A stretch of DNA of 20,000 bases from an uncultured virus (IMG/VR IMGVR_UViG_3300017963_000243) (taxonomy: Duplodnaviria > Heunggongvirae > Uroviricota > Caudoviricetes): the IMG/VR virus record IMGVR_UViG_3300017963_000243, positions 58,571 to 78,570 of that record. One strand, 5' to 3'. Position numbers and translations under genes: made by a program. Positions 1 through 7,516 of this stretch are shown piece after piece. Under the pieces are notes generated by a model that had not been told where the DNA came from, made no database searches, and was given only the letters and a program-made list of their open reading frames with translations. Position 1 is the stretch's first letter. Each line of letters starts with the position of its first letter.

Positions 1-1
1 G

Positions 2-223
2 AAAACCGTAGAGGCTCAGCAAATAGCCGCACTGAAGTCGAAGCAAGATATCTCTTCTTCTCTTACGAAACACATCAACTGTATGGTGTGCGCGCAGTAC
101 CCCACCTGTGCCAAGGACAAAGTAGATCCGTGGACGGACGGCTGCATCTTAGGGCGCGAGGTTAAAAAGAAGATCACCCGGGTAGGTGTAATCCACCTAG
201 GAGAGGACACGGAGGAAGCGTAA
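2..223 (+). CDS. 3' end of an upstream gene, probably a SNF2/SF2-family helicase with a Cys-rich tail (partial)
   Basis: Frame open from the window start, read manually: KTVEAQQIAALKSKQDISSSLTKHINCMVCAQYPTC...GC...EEA*. The TVE..I.AL..K..I pattern resembles the helix after SNF2 motif VI. TAA 221-223 overlaps the next ATG (TAATG). Absent from the ORF track. Confidence 0.55.
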   Translation, partial: KTVEAQQIAALKSKQDISSSLTKHINCMVCAQYPTCAKDKVDPWTDGCILGREVKKKITRVGVIHLGEDTEEA

Positions 224-615
224 TGGACATCGTACTACGAGAACACGACGTTAAAAGAATGATAGGAGAAGCCCTGGGAGTAAAGATCCCTCCTGACGAT
301 TTGATGGTCGAGCAGGACCCCCTGAGTGTGACTATCGTAAATGCGGAAAAATACCTCTACAAAAAGAAACCAGTTTTACGAGGTAAACCTGACGAAGCAC
401 CGTCGCAACCTCCAGATGCCTCTGAAGACTCCGAGCCCCCGCCAAGCGCGGACGCCTCACCCCTCATGTCCATGGACGACTTGAAACGGGAGAGCGCGGG
501 CCTGGCAGCGGCTCCTCCACAAACGGGGAATTCTGAAAACTCTCCCCGAGCGCTGGGAGCCAACGAACGCACTGAAGTGCCGCCCCCAACCGAACACGGC
601 AAGGAGAAATTGTAA
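223..615 (+). CDS. Hypothetical protein, 130 aa, Pro/Ser/acidic low-complexity C-terminal half
   Basis: GGAGG SD at 211-215; start overlaps the upstream stop; abuts the downstream ATG at 616. Confidence 0.75.
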   Translation: MDIVLREHDVKRMIGEALGVKIPPDDLMVEQDPLSVTIVNAEKYLYKKKPVLRGKPDEAPSQPPDASEDSEPPPSADASPLMSMDDLKRESAGLAAAPPQTGNSENSPRALGANERTEVPPPTEHGKEKL

Positions 616-1473
616 ATGCCCGAACTCAATATACATGGAAAGATCGTGGAGGTTCCCGCGGGATTCGGAGATTCCGGACTCCCTAATAAGGAATACTTCT
701 CACACTCCCAGTTCTCAATGTATCGGAGGTGCCCCCGGCAGTTCGAATACCGCTACGTACTCGGTATGCGCCAACCGCCGGGTATCGCCATGACACAGGG
801 GACGGTCATCCATGCCGGAGCAGAGGCCACACACCGCGCCACTATCGAAAACGGTAGGCCCCTATCACTAGAGCACGCAGAGGCTATAGTGTCGGACAAG
901 TTCGATTCTGTGAAGGAGTACATCGAAGACTGGGGAGACGCGAAGCCAGGAAAGGTCAAAGAACTGACGCTTCACCACTTCCGAGTCTACCATAAACAGT
1001 CGATACCCCTGGTACGCCCCAAAGCGGTGGAGGAGCCGTTTGCGGTTAAAGTCGGGACAGTACCCATCGTCGGCTTTATCGACCTCATTGACGAGGTGAT
1101 GTTGGATCGCGAAAATGATACCCTGGCCAAAGGGGAAGGTCCGCTAGTCACGGAAGTCGTCACGGACTTGAAGTTCACGGGTCGTAAATGGCAGGCGGCT
1201 AAGTTGAGACATGACACCCAGCTGACTCTTTATGCGCACGTTAAGGGGATTCCACGTGTTCGCATCGACTTTCTGCTTGACCAGAAGAGCGGCACTCGTT
1301 ACGTTCAGGAAAGATCGTTAAGGACACCGCGGGATGCTAAGAACTTCGAAGAAGACCTGGAAGAATGTGTGGACCTCATCAAGAAAGGCATCTTCCCGCG
1401 TTGTGACCCGACGACCTGGGCCTGTACTCCGCGCTTCTGCGGCTACTACGAAAGATGTCGAGGACCCCAATGA
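616..1473 (+). CDS. PD-(D/E)XK nuclease superfamily protein (RecB/AddB/Cas4-like, PDDEXK_1)
   Basis: FSHSQFSMYRRCPRQF N-terminal motif, GTVIH, GFIDLID, TDLKF, QLTLY, and C-terminal Cys cluster C..WAC..FC..YERC (probable Fe-S clamp). SD AAGGAG at 601-606. Confidence 0.88.
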   Translation: MPELNIHGKIVEVPAGFGDSGLPNKEYFSHSQFSMYRRCPRQFEYRYVLGMRQPPGIAMTQGTVIHAGAEATHRATIENGRPLSLEHAEAIVSDKFDSVKEYIEDWGDAKPGKVKELTLHHFRVYHKQSIPLVRPKAVEEPFAVKVGTVPIVGFIDLIDEVMLDRENDTLAKGEGPLVTEVVTDLKFTGRKWQAAKLRHDTQLTLYAHVKGIPRVRIDFLLDQKSGTRYVQERSLRTPRDAKNFEEDLEECVDLIKKGIFPRCDPTTWACTPRFCGYYERCRGPQ

Positions 1474-2660
1474 CTGAGGAACTGAAACTCCGCGACTTCA
1501 CCGAACTGTCTCCCAAAGAGTTTTGGAAACTCGTTGATGCCGAAGCAGGAGCTGCGCAGACAAAAGTACAGGAGATCTTTGAGAAGGCTAACCGCCAAGT
1601 ACTCAACCAGAAAGAAGCGATTGAGGGGTTGGATGCGCTTTTCATTGATTCGCACCGGCGAATCAAGGAGCACAGCTCTGCGCTCGCTAAACACTACCCT
1701 ACCAAACAGCTGACCAAAAATAAGCTAGAGGACTTGGAGCATATGTGGTGGGTCGACCACTACACCTCGGGGGTCTCTCGGTGGTCGACTCTCAGCTGGT
1801 TCAGCTCCAAGAAGAATGCGAATAAGAAAGGGAAGATGCGGTATAACGGAGCTTCGACGCATTTTGTCCTCGGCTACGAGGGCTACCCTTTCTATATTAT
1901 CCCGCTCATGCACGGAGCGTGGCATGAACCGAAGCGTAACAGAGACTCCATCAGCATCGAGATGGTAAACTGCGGCGCTATCAAGGAACATAAGGGTAAG
2001 TACTGCTACTGGCCCAAGGGATACACGCAAGAAATCCCGGCACAACTCGTAGCCGAACTTCCTCCGACGAGGCTCCCTTTCAATTTCCGAGGAGCTAAGA
2101 TCCTCCAGCCGTTTACGGCGTCCCAGATAAAGTACAATGTTCTCCTCAAGCGCATTATCCTCGCAGCTTTACCCGGTAAATTGGACCGTTCACGCTTCAG
2201 TCAGCACCAGGAATGGCGCAGTACCAAGCTGGACATGGGACCTCTGTGGCCTTTCAAGGACGTCAACGATGCTGCGCATGATGCATTCCCGATCTCGCAG
2301 TACTCCTTCCTCTCCAAATTTGAATTAGCAGTCAAAGACGGCACGATCACCGAAGCTGAAGCTGCCGAACTGGAGATGGAAGGACACAGCCCTGAGTATG
2401 GAGACGAGACTCCTACTCACGATGATGACCTGGACGACGACAACGAAAGCGTAATGTCGATCTCTGAGGTCCAAGAATATCTTAACCTTTACGGATTCCG
2501 TGTGGAAGTCGATGGTAAGTTCGGTCCCCAGACCAAGAAAGCTGTCGGCAAATTCCAGACCGTCTATAACATGAAGTATCCGAGTACGGACGCCCTGGCT
2601 GTCGACGGCATACCAGGCCCCCGTACGTGTGCAGCTCTCAAACGGTATGAGAAGGAGTGA
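1470..2660 (+). CDS. N-acetylmuramoyl-L-alanine amidase (Amidase_2) with C-terminal PG_binding_1 domain; endolysin-like
   Basis: VDHYT, ASTHFV, AWH...N..SISIEMVN, FTASQ and QH...KLDMGP motifs; C-terminal VQEYL...VDGKFGPQTKKAV..FQ...LAVDGIPGPRT. Start set to ATG 1470 (ATGA overlap with the upstream stop) rather than 1455. Confidence 0.85.
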   Translation: MTEELKLRDFTELSPKEFWKLVDAEAGAAQTKVQEIFEKANRQVLNQKEAIEGLDALFIDSHRRIKEHSSALAKHYPTKQLTKNKLEDLEHMWWVDHYTSGVSRWSTLSWFSSKKNANKKGKMRYNGASTHFVLGYEGYPFYIIPLMHGAWHEPKRNRDSISIEMVNCGAIKEHKGKYCYWPKGYTQEIPAQLVAELPPTRLPFNFRGAKILQPFTASQIKYNVLLKRIILAALPGKLDRSRFSQHQEWRSTKLDMGPLWPFKDVNDAAHDAFPISQYSFLSKFELAVKDGTITEAEAAELEMEGHSPEYGDETPTHDDDLDDDNESVMSISEVQEYLNLYGFRVEVDGKFGPQTKKAVGKFQTVYNMKYPSTDALAVDGIPGPRTCAALKRYEKE

Positions 2661-2665
2661 CCGCC

Positions 2666-3010
2666 ATGGAACTGAACGAAGTCTGCAGCAGGTGTGGGAA
2701 GTCCGTTAAGGTTCCCGCTGACCCCGAGTTGATGAAACTCAAGATCGAGGAGGAAGCCTCTGTCAATGAGATCATCGAGAAGTTTCGGCAATTCGCCGAT
2801 AACCTCGAGGACCCTCTCCCCGAAATCATCACGCTCGTCCGTGTGCAAGACGACAACGGAGAGTACCGCTTCGATGTCAAGGCGCTCACCAAGCTGTGCG
2901 GCCCTGATGAGACCAAGAAGCGGAACAAGAGCGGCTGCTTGAAGCGCGTCCAGGCTCTGGTAGATGACATCTACCGACAGGCTAAGGGCCCTTCTAAGAG
3001 TAAGGAATGA
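2666..3010 (+). CDS. Hypothetical protein with CxxC...C...C (possible Zn binding)
   Basis: AAGGAG SD at 2652-2657, 8 nt before ATG 2666; CSRC near the N-terminus plus two later Cys. Confidence 0.7.
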   Translation: MELNEVCSRCGKSVKVPADPELMKLKIEEEASVNEIIEKFRQFADNLEDPLPEIITLVRVQDDNGEYRFDVKALTKLCGPDETKKRNKSGCLKRVQALVDDIYRQAKGPSKSKE

Positions 3011-3186
3011 TGGAGAAATACGGAGTAGACCAGGAGCCCGAGCAAAAAACCGCTAACGAAATCGAGTCCAAATGCCCTCAGTGCGGAAAACGACTTCGAG
3101 ACAGAAGCGAAACCGGCGTGCTGGTCTGTCCGCAGTGCGGAAGTCGACCCTTCGAGTCGACCGAACCTCCGTCGCCCAAAAGCTGA
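3007..3186 (+). CDS. Small zinc-ribbon protein, 59 aa (MMEKYGVDQ...CPQCG...CPQCGSRPFE...)
   Basis: Translated manually; below the 60-aa track cut-off. Two CPQCG knuckles; ATGA overlap with the upstream stop; alternative start at ATG 3010. Confidence 0.8.
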   Translation: MMEKYGVDQEPEQKTANEIESKCPQCGKRLRDRSETGVLVCPQCGSRPFESTEPPSPKS

Positions 3187-3359
3187 GGATCATTCGGGCC
3201 CTTTACTTCGTCGCGTACAACAGTGACGAGAGCCTCTTTCCACAATCAGTAGAGCTCTTCCACACCCTTGGTGAGGTGCTGGAGGGCGTACCCCCCGACG
3301 AACTGAGCCTGCGTAACATCAGCAAGCAGGCCCTTCTCGAGGAGCTAGCGTTCGATTAG
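3072..3359 (+). CDS. Hypothetical protein, up to 95 aa, overlapping the zinc-ribbon gene; start uncertain
   Basis: The C-terminal ~58 aa (LRIIRALYFVAY...EELAFD) look like an amphipathic globular domain and fill the otherwise empty 3187-3359. The ATG/GTG starts that would include this domain (3072, 3081, 3135) lie inside the previous gene. Confidence 0.5.
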   Translation: MPSVRKTTSRQKRNRRAGLSAVRKSTLRVDRTSVAQKLRIIRALYFVAYNSDESLFPQSVELFHTLGEVLEGVPPDELSLRNISKQALLEELAFD

Positions 3360-3385
3360 TCTCTAGCTCCACGGAGTGACCGCCA

Positions 3386-4462
3386 ATGACCGAAAAACAA
3401 GAGAACAAAGACACCCCGGTGTCTGCCGACACCCAAGAGTCAAAAAACCAGAAGGAGAAAAACGTGACTGACGCCAAGGCACCAGAGAAGACTGAGCGTA
3501 AAGCTCCGAAGAAGAAAGCCCCTGTCAAGAAGGAAGAGCCGGTAGCGGAGAACAACTTCGTTGTGAAGCTCACTGACATCGAGCTCCCGGACAAGTGGAA
3601 CCGGGACAAGCCCGGTAACCTCGGGTCATTGACCACGTCGCTCAAGACCATCGGGCAAATCGTCGCCATGGTCGTGCAGCCTCACCCCACCAAGAAGGGG
3701 AAATATGTCCTCGTGGATGGGCGGCGGCGTTACATGGCGCTCCAAGACGCGAAAATCAAAAATGCGTTCGTTACGTTCACCGCGGGCGATGAGACCGAAG
3801 CCTACACCAAGTCCCTGGTGGCAAACATCAACCGGGAAGGTCACAACCCTATGGAGATCGCCAACGCGTTCTCTGAGTTGATCGAAGGAGGTATGAATAA
3901 CCGCAAGATCGCCCGGGCAGGTGGCGTCTCCGAGGGGTTCGTTTCGCAACACTTGTCGCTCCTCGACCTCGACAGTGCGGTACAGAAAGCTATCGCGAAG
4001 GACGTCATCTCGATGTCCCAGGCGCGCATCCTCTGCCGCGTCAATGTGGAAGAACATTCCACTTTCTTCTTCCGCCTGTTCGAACAGATGGTAACCAAGG
4101 GTCTCAGCGCCCCCGAAGCGGACGAGAAGACGAAAGCGTATCTCGACCGTTACAAGCAGCGCCAAAAGGAGAAGGAAGAGGCGCAGAAGGCCAAGGACAA
4201 AGCCGCTGGGAAGGACACTTCCAGCAAGAAGGGCGCAGGGAAGAAGCCGGAAGAGCCCAAGAAGGGCCCCGGACGTCCAGAAGCCGAGGTTCCGACCTAT
4301 GATGACCGTAAGGCTGACATCCGCCCCTCGAACAAGACGGAGCTCCTTGCCTACCTCAACGGTCACTCCGAGCGCATGGCGCGCGCCACGTCAGAGAAGA
4401 CCAAGCAGTTCTTGAAGGGTGTGCTCCACGGTCTGGAGCTGGCTTCCGGTCTGAAGGAATAG
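3386..4462 (+). CDS. parB: ParB/Spo0J-family protein (ParB N-terminal CTPase-like domain plus HTH)
   Basis: YVLVDGRRRYMAL (GxRR arginine patch), ANINREGHNPMEIA, HTH NRKIARAGGVSEGFVSQHLSLL; Lys-rich low-complexity N-terminal and late segments; SD GGAG at 3373-3376. Confidence 0.88.
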   Translation: MTEKQENKDTPVSADTQESKNQKEKNVTDAKAPEKTERKAPKKKAPVKKEEPVAENNFVVKLTDIELPDKWNRDKPGNLGSLTTSLKTIGQIVAMVVQPHPTKKGKYVLVDGRRRYMALQDAKIKNAFVTFTAGDETEAYTKSLVANINREGHNPMEIANAFSELIEGGMNNRKIARAGGVSEGFVSQHLSLLDLDSAVQKAIAKDVISMSQARILCRVNVEEHSTFFFRLFEQMVTKGLSAPEADEKTKAYLDRYKQRQKEKEEAQKAKDKAAGKDTSSKKGAGKKPEEPKKGPGRPEAEVPTYDDRKADIRPSNKTELLAYLNGHSERMARATSEKTKQFLKGVLHGLELASGLKE

Positions 4463-4464
4463 CG

Positions 4465-5517
4465 TTATTCCGCGCAGAGATCGCTCAAATCATTCACTGA
4501 CAATCTTCGGAACTCTAACTTCACCTCTTGCAGTAGTCGCTGCTTGATCTGCCGGACACGTTCCGGAGTCAGGTCGGCGAGTACTGCAAGTTGGTGAAGA
4601 CTCTTCGAAGAAGTTCGGCGCGTTTTTTCAGGGATGTTGTAGTACTGGAGTAAGATAAACTTGTCACGCGCACGCATTGGGATCTTGGAAAGCACGTCGC
4701 GAATCATCTTTGCGACAGTAGCGTCAATGACTTCTTCCTCCATATCGGAGTCACTCGTAAGAGGTATCGGACGACCCTGGGCGTTCTCGAGAGGGACCAT
4801 GATGTTGAGAGCTTCCTGGTCAACCACTGGCAGGAAGTCGTGAGCCTCACCTGAAGGGCATGGCGGTAGGCTTCTAGGGGTAATATCGCCATCTACTCGA
4901 TAGTCGCAATGGCGGCACATAAACGACGTGGTACGTTGCGCTCTGCGGTGCGACTTATGTTTGTGGGAGGGGACGTGCACAATACTGCTACTTTGGATCT
5001 CATCAAACATCTCTTTTCGGATCCAATGTGCAGCGTAGGTCAAGAAGCGCGTCCCCTGAGTGATATCGAACTTGTCGATTGCAATGAGCAGCCCGACGTT
5101 TCCCGCTGACGTGAGTTGTTGTATTCGGTACGGGTCTTTAGTAATGGACTTCGCCATGCGTACAACGAATCGCAAATTACCGTTTACAATACGTTCACGA
5201 GCATCGAGATCTCGCCCTCTACCGCACCTCAAGCAATAAGGTGGAGCATAGTAAGTTTCAAATTTGTCCCCGCACGCGGTACAAAGAGTTAAGTAGTATT
5301 CCGTGGCGTTTTCGTCACCCTCTACGGGAGCGTTGGCGCCACACTCAGTGCAGTAAGGTCTGCGAACTTTGTGAGGGATTAGCTCGTCGCAATGAGGGCA
5401 CGTGTTGTAACGCTTAAGAAGCGCGCGCTCTTCTTTGGGACGCAATAACGGGTGCTTTCCCAAGTCTTCATAGTACGCTTTAAATGTCCTATCGTTAAAC
5501 GCGCTTGCCGATTCCAT
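4465..5517 (-). CDS. Sigma-70 family RNA polymerase sigma factor with Cys-rich zinc-ribbon insertions
   Basis: Region 1.2 YYEDLGKHPLL..EE; region 2 ARERIVNGNLRFVV..AK and GNVGLLIAIDKFD...GTRFLTYAAHWIR; region 4 SLHQLA...LTPERVRQI. Confidence 0.9.
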   Translation of the reverse strand: MESASAFNDRTFKAYYEDLGKHPLLRPKEERALLKRYNTCPHCDELIPHKVRRPYCTECGANAPVEGDENATEYYLTLCTACGDKFETYYAPPYCLRCGRGRDLDARERIVNGNLRFVVRMAKSITKDPYRIQQLTSAGNVGLLIAIDKFDITQGTRFLTYAAHWIRKEMFDEIQSSSIVHVPSHKHKSHRRAQRTTSFMCRHCDYRVDGDITPRSLPPCPSGEAHDFLPVVDQEALNIMVPLENAQGRPIPLTSDSDMEEEVIDATVAKMIRDVLSKIPMRARDKFILLQYYNIPEKTRRTSSKSLHQLAVLADLTPERVRQIKQRLLQEVKLEFRRLSVNDLSDLCAE

Positions 5518-5567
5518 CCTTAACTCCCCGTGCTTAAATACCTATATCAGATACTGCCAAATAGAAG

Positions 5568-5596
5568 TTGACTTGTCCATACTGATCCAATAACGT
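5568..5596 (+). promoter_or_regulatory. Putative sigma70-type promoter for the SSB/replication operon
   Basis: TTGACT (5568-5573), 17 nt spacer, TAACGT (5591-5596) in the AT-richer divergent intergenic region; AAGGAGG SD at 5609-5615 downstream. Confidence 0.55.
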
Positions 5597-5622
5597 GGAT
5601 AGACCGCCAAGGAGGACCTCTC

Positions 5623-6645
5623 ATGAGTAAAGCCAAGAAAAAAGAAGAACCCAAACAGGAGAAAGAAGAGATGAGCGACAAGCAAGAGCCGACTGACATC
5701 GTCAAAGCAGACAGCGCAGAGCTGGAGAAGACGATCCAATCCCCCGTCCTTTTGGATCTCGTACAGCAAGTCAAGAACCCGAGGTTCTATGACAAGTTCC
5801 GTACTCAGCTCGAACGCGTTCGCCGCCCCACTCTCAACGAGTTGGTGAGCATAATCAACACGATTCCCGAAGAGTATCAGGACGCTATCACCACCTTGAT
5901 GAAGAAGATGGATCCGAACCGTCCCGGACTTTACCTCGCGGATTCGCGACCCCAACTCACAGAGCTCCGGCTCTACCAAGGGTCCGGTAACGACCCTAAC
6001 CGTCCCGACAATTGCCGCGTAGGGCACTTCTACTTGACCACCAAACAGAATGTCGGAGCGAAATTCGAGGGTGCAGTTCTCGCACTGTGGCAGGGACGCA
6101 CCATGTGGGCAGGTCCCGAAGATCCTCGCAGCGGTCCCGTCTGTACGTCGATGGACCGGGAAGTGGGTTCCAAGTACGGAACTTGCGAAACCTGTCCTGA
6201 GCGCCCATGGCGTGATGGTGAGAAGACAAACTGTAACGACGACGTTGTCGCGTTCATGCTGCCTAAGGCTATGGACGATATCATCATCGTCCGGTTTTCG
6301 CGTACGTCGGAGGCTTCCGGACGGCAACTCTCTAAGTTCGCCGCTAAGAACCTCGTGCCGTGGCAGCGCTTCTACGAGATCACCGCGAGTGAGCGGCAGG
6401 GCAAGGGCGGCGCTTCGATCAAGTGGCACGTCATGAAAGTAGAGCCTTCCGAGGATTCGATGCCTACCGAGTTGATGGAGTTCTGTGCTGCGCTGTGTGC
6501 AATGGCGGAACACGACTTTATCCTCCCGGGTCTGGGACGCATCTATAACGACGCCGCGGCCCTCAGCGGAGACGCCGCAACTTCGCAGAGTGGCGATGCC
6601 GTCAAGGATGCTAGCGAATACGACGACTTCGAAGACAACGTCTAA
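5623..6645 (+). CDS. Putative single-stranded DNA-binding/annealing protein with a Zn-binding insertion
   Basis: Strong SD; first gene of the replication operon; C-x-S-x-D...CETC...W...C motif; acidic tail EYDDFEDNV typical of phage SSBs; followed by a terminator, consistent with high expression. Function is inferred. Confidence 0.55.
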   Translation: MSKAKKKEEPKQEKEEMSDKQEPTDIVKADSAELEKTIQSPVLLDLVQQVKNPRFYDKFRTQLERVRRPTLNELVSIINTIPEEYQDAITTLMKKMDPNRPGLYLADSRPQLTELRLYQGSGNDPNRPDNCRVGHFYLTTKQNVGAKFEGAVLALWQGRTMWAGPEDPRSGPVCTSMDREVGSKYGTCETCPERPWRDGEKTNCNDDVVAFMLPKAMDDIIIVRFSRTSEASGRQLSKFAAKNLVPWQRFYEITASERQGKGGASIKWHVMKVEPSEDSMPTELMEFCAALCAMAEHDFILPGLGRIYNDAAALSGDAATSQSGDAVKDASEYDDFEDNV

Positions 6646-6657
6646 CCTAGGGGGAGG

Positions 6658-6690
6658 AGTGAGGGGGTGCAACGCCCCCTCACTTTTTTT
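6658..6690 (+). terminator. Rho-independent terminator
   Basis: AGTGAGGGGG / CCCCCTCACT 10-bp stem followed by a T-run (6684-6690), 12 nt after the SSB-like stop. Confidence 0.8.
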
Positions 6691-6694
6691 AGTC

Positions 6695-7516
6695 ATGACA
6701 ATCGAGCCGTCGCAATTTGTATTGGATCACGGTCCCTGGTCATACTCCAAAGCGGAGTCAGCGTCGCAATGTCCGCTACGTTTCTACTACACCTATATAG
6801 AAAAGCGTGCGAAGGGGCGTCCGAACGCCGACGCATTGGTCGGACAAGCGGTACATAAAATTCTGGAGTTCATGATCAGCGGTAGGGAGTGGAACCTGGC
6901 TAGGGATGCTGCGTTAGAGTCCTACGACCTAACGACCAACGAGCTCGACCGCGTTGCAGACATGCGATTCTCCGCTGAGAATTTCATCCAGAAACTGACC
7001 CGGTACCAAGAACGCCACAACATCCAAGACACTTGGATTGAGCGGAAGATGGGCATCACCTTGGAAGGTAAGCCTACCAAGTTCTTCGCCTCAGACGTCT
7101 TCTTCCGAGGAGTTGTGGACTTGGCACTTTTCCCCAAAGATAAAGGACACGTAATCGTCCTCGATCACAAAACGGGGAAACGGCGGAATCTGAAGTACTA
7201 CGAGCGACAGTTCGATTGTTACCTCTTACTCGTGAAGGCTACCCTGGGACGCATCAACCAAGGACGCGTCGGAATCCATTGGGCGAAGGAAGACCTGATC
7301 GAGCTTTCGAAGCAACCCAGAAACCTGACGGAGATTCAGCCATATCAGGAGCAACTGATTGAGTGGTTGAACGCTTCCGTACAGGCCGCATCCGAAAACC
7401 TCGAAACTGCCAAACCAGGACCCCTGTGCCCGTGGTGTGAGCACCAGTCCACATGTCCTGAGTTCGGCCAAGGGAGCGACGCCGACAATGCCTGCGGAAA
7501 GGAAAGCGAAGGGTAA
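6695..7516 (+). CDS. Second PD-(D/E)XK nuclease (Cas4/RecB-like exonuclease), 273 aa
   Basis: WSYSK...QCPLRF, GQAVHKILE, RGVVDL, VLDHKTG, QFDCY, CPWCEHQSTC (1+3 Cys Fe-S clamp). Start moved to ATG 6695; the track's 6485 start runs through the previous gene and the terminator. Confidence 0.88.
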   Translation: MTIEPSQFVLDHGPWSYSKAESASQCPLRFYYTYIEKRAKGRPNADALVGQAVHKILEFMISGREWNLARDAALESYDLTTNELDRVADMRFSAENFIQKLTRYQERHNIQDTWIERKMGITLEGKPTKFFASDVFFRGVVDLALFPKDKGHVIVLDHKTGKRRNLKYYERQFDCYLLLVKATLGRINQGRVGIHWAKEDLIELSKQPRNLTEIQPYQEQLIEWLNASVQAASENLETAKPGPLCPWCEHQSTCPEFGQGSDADNACGKESEG

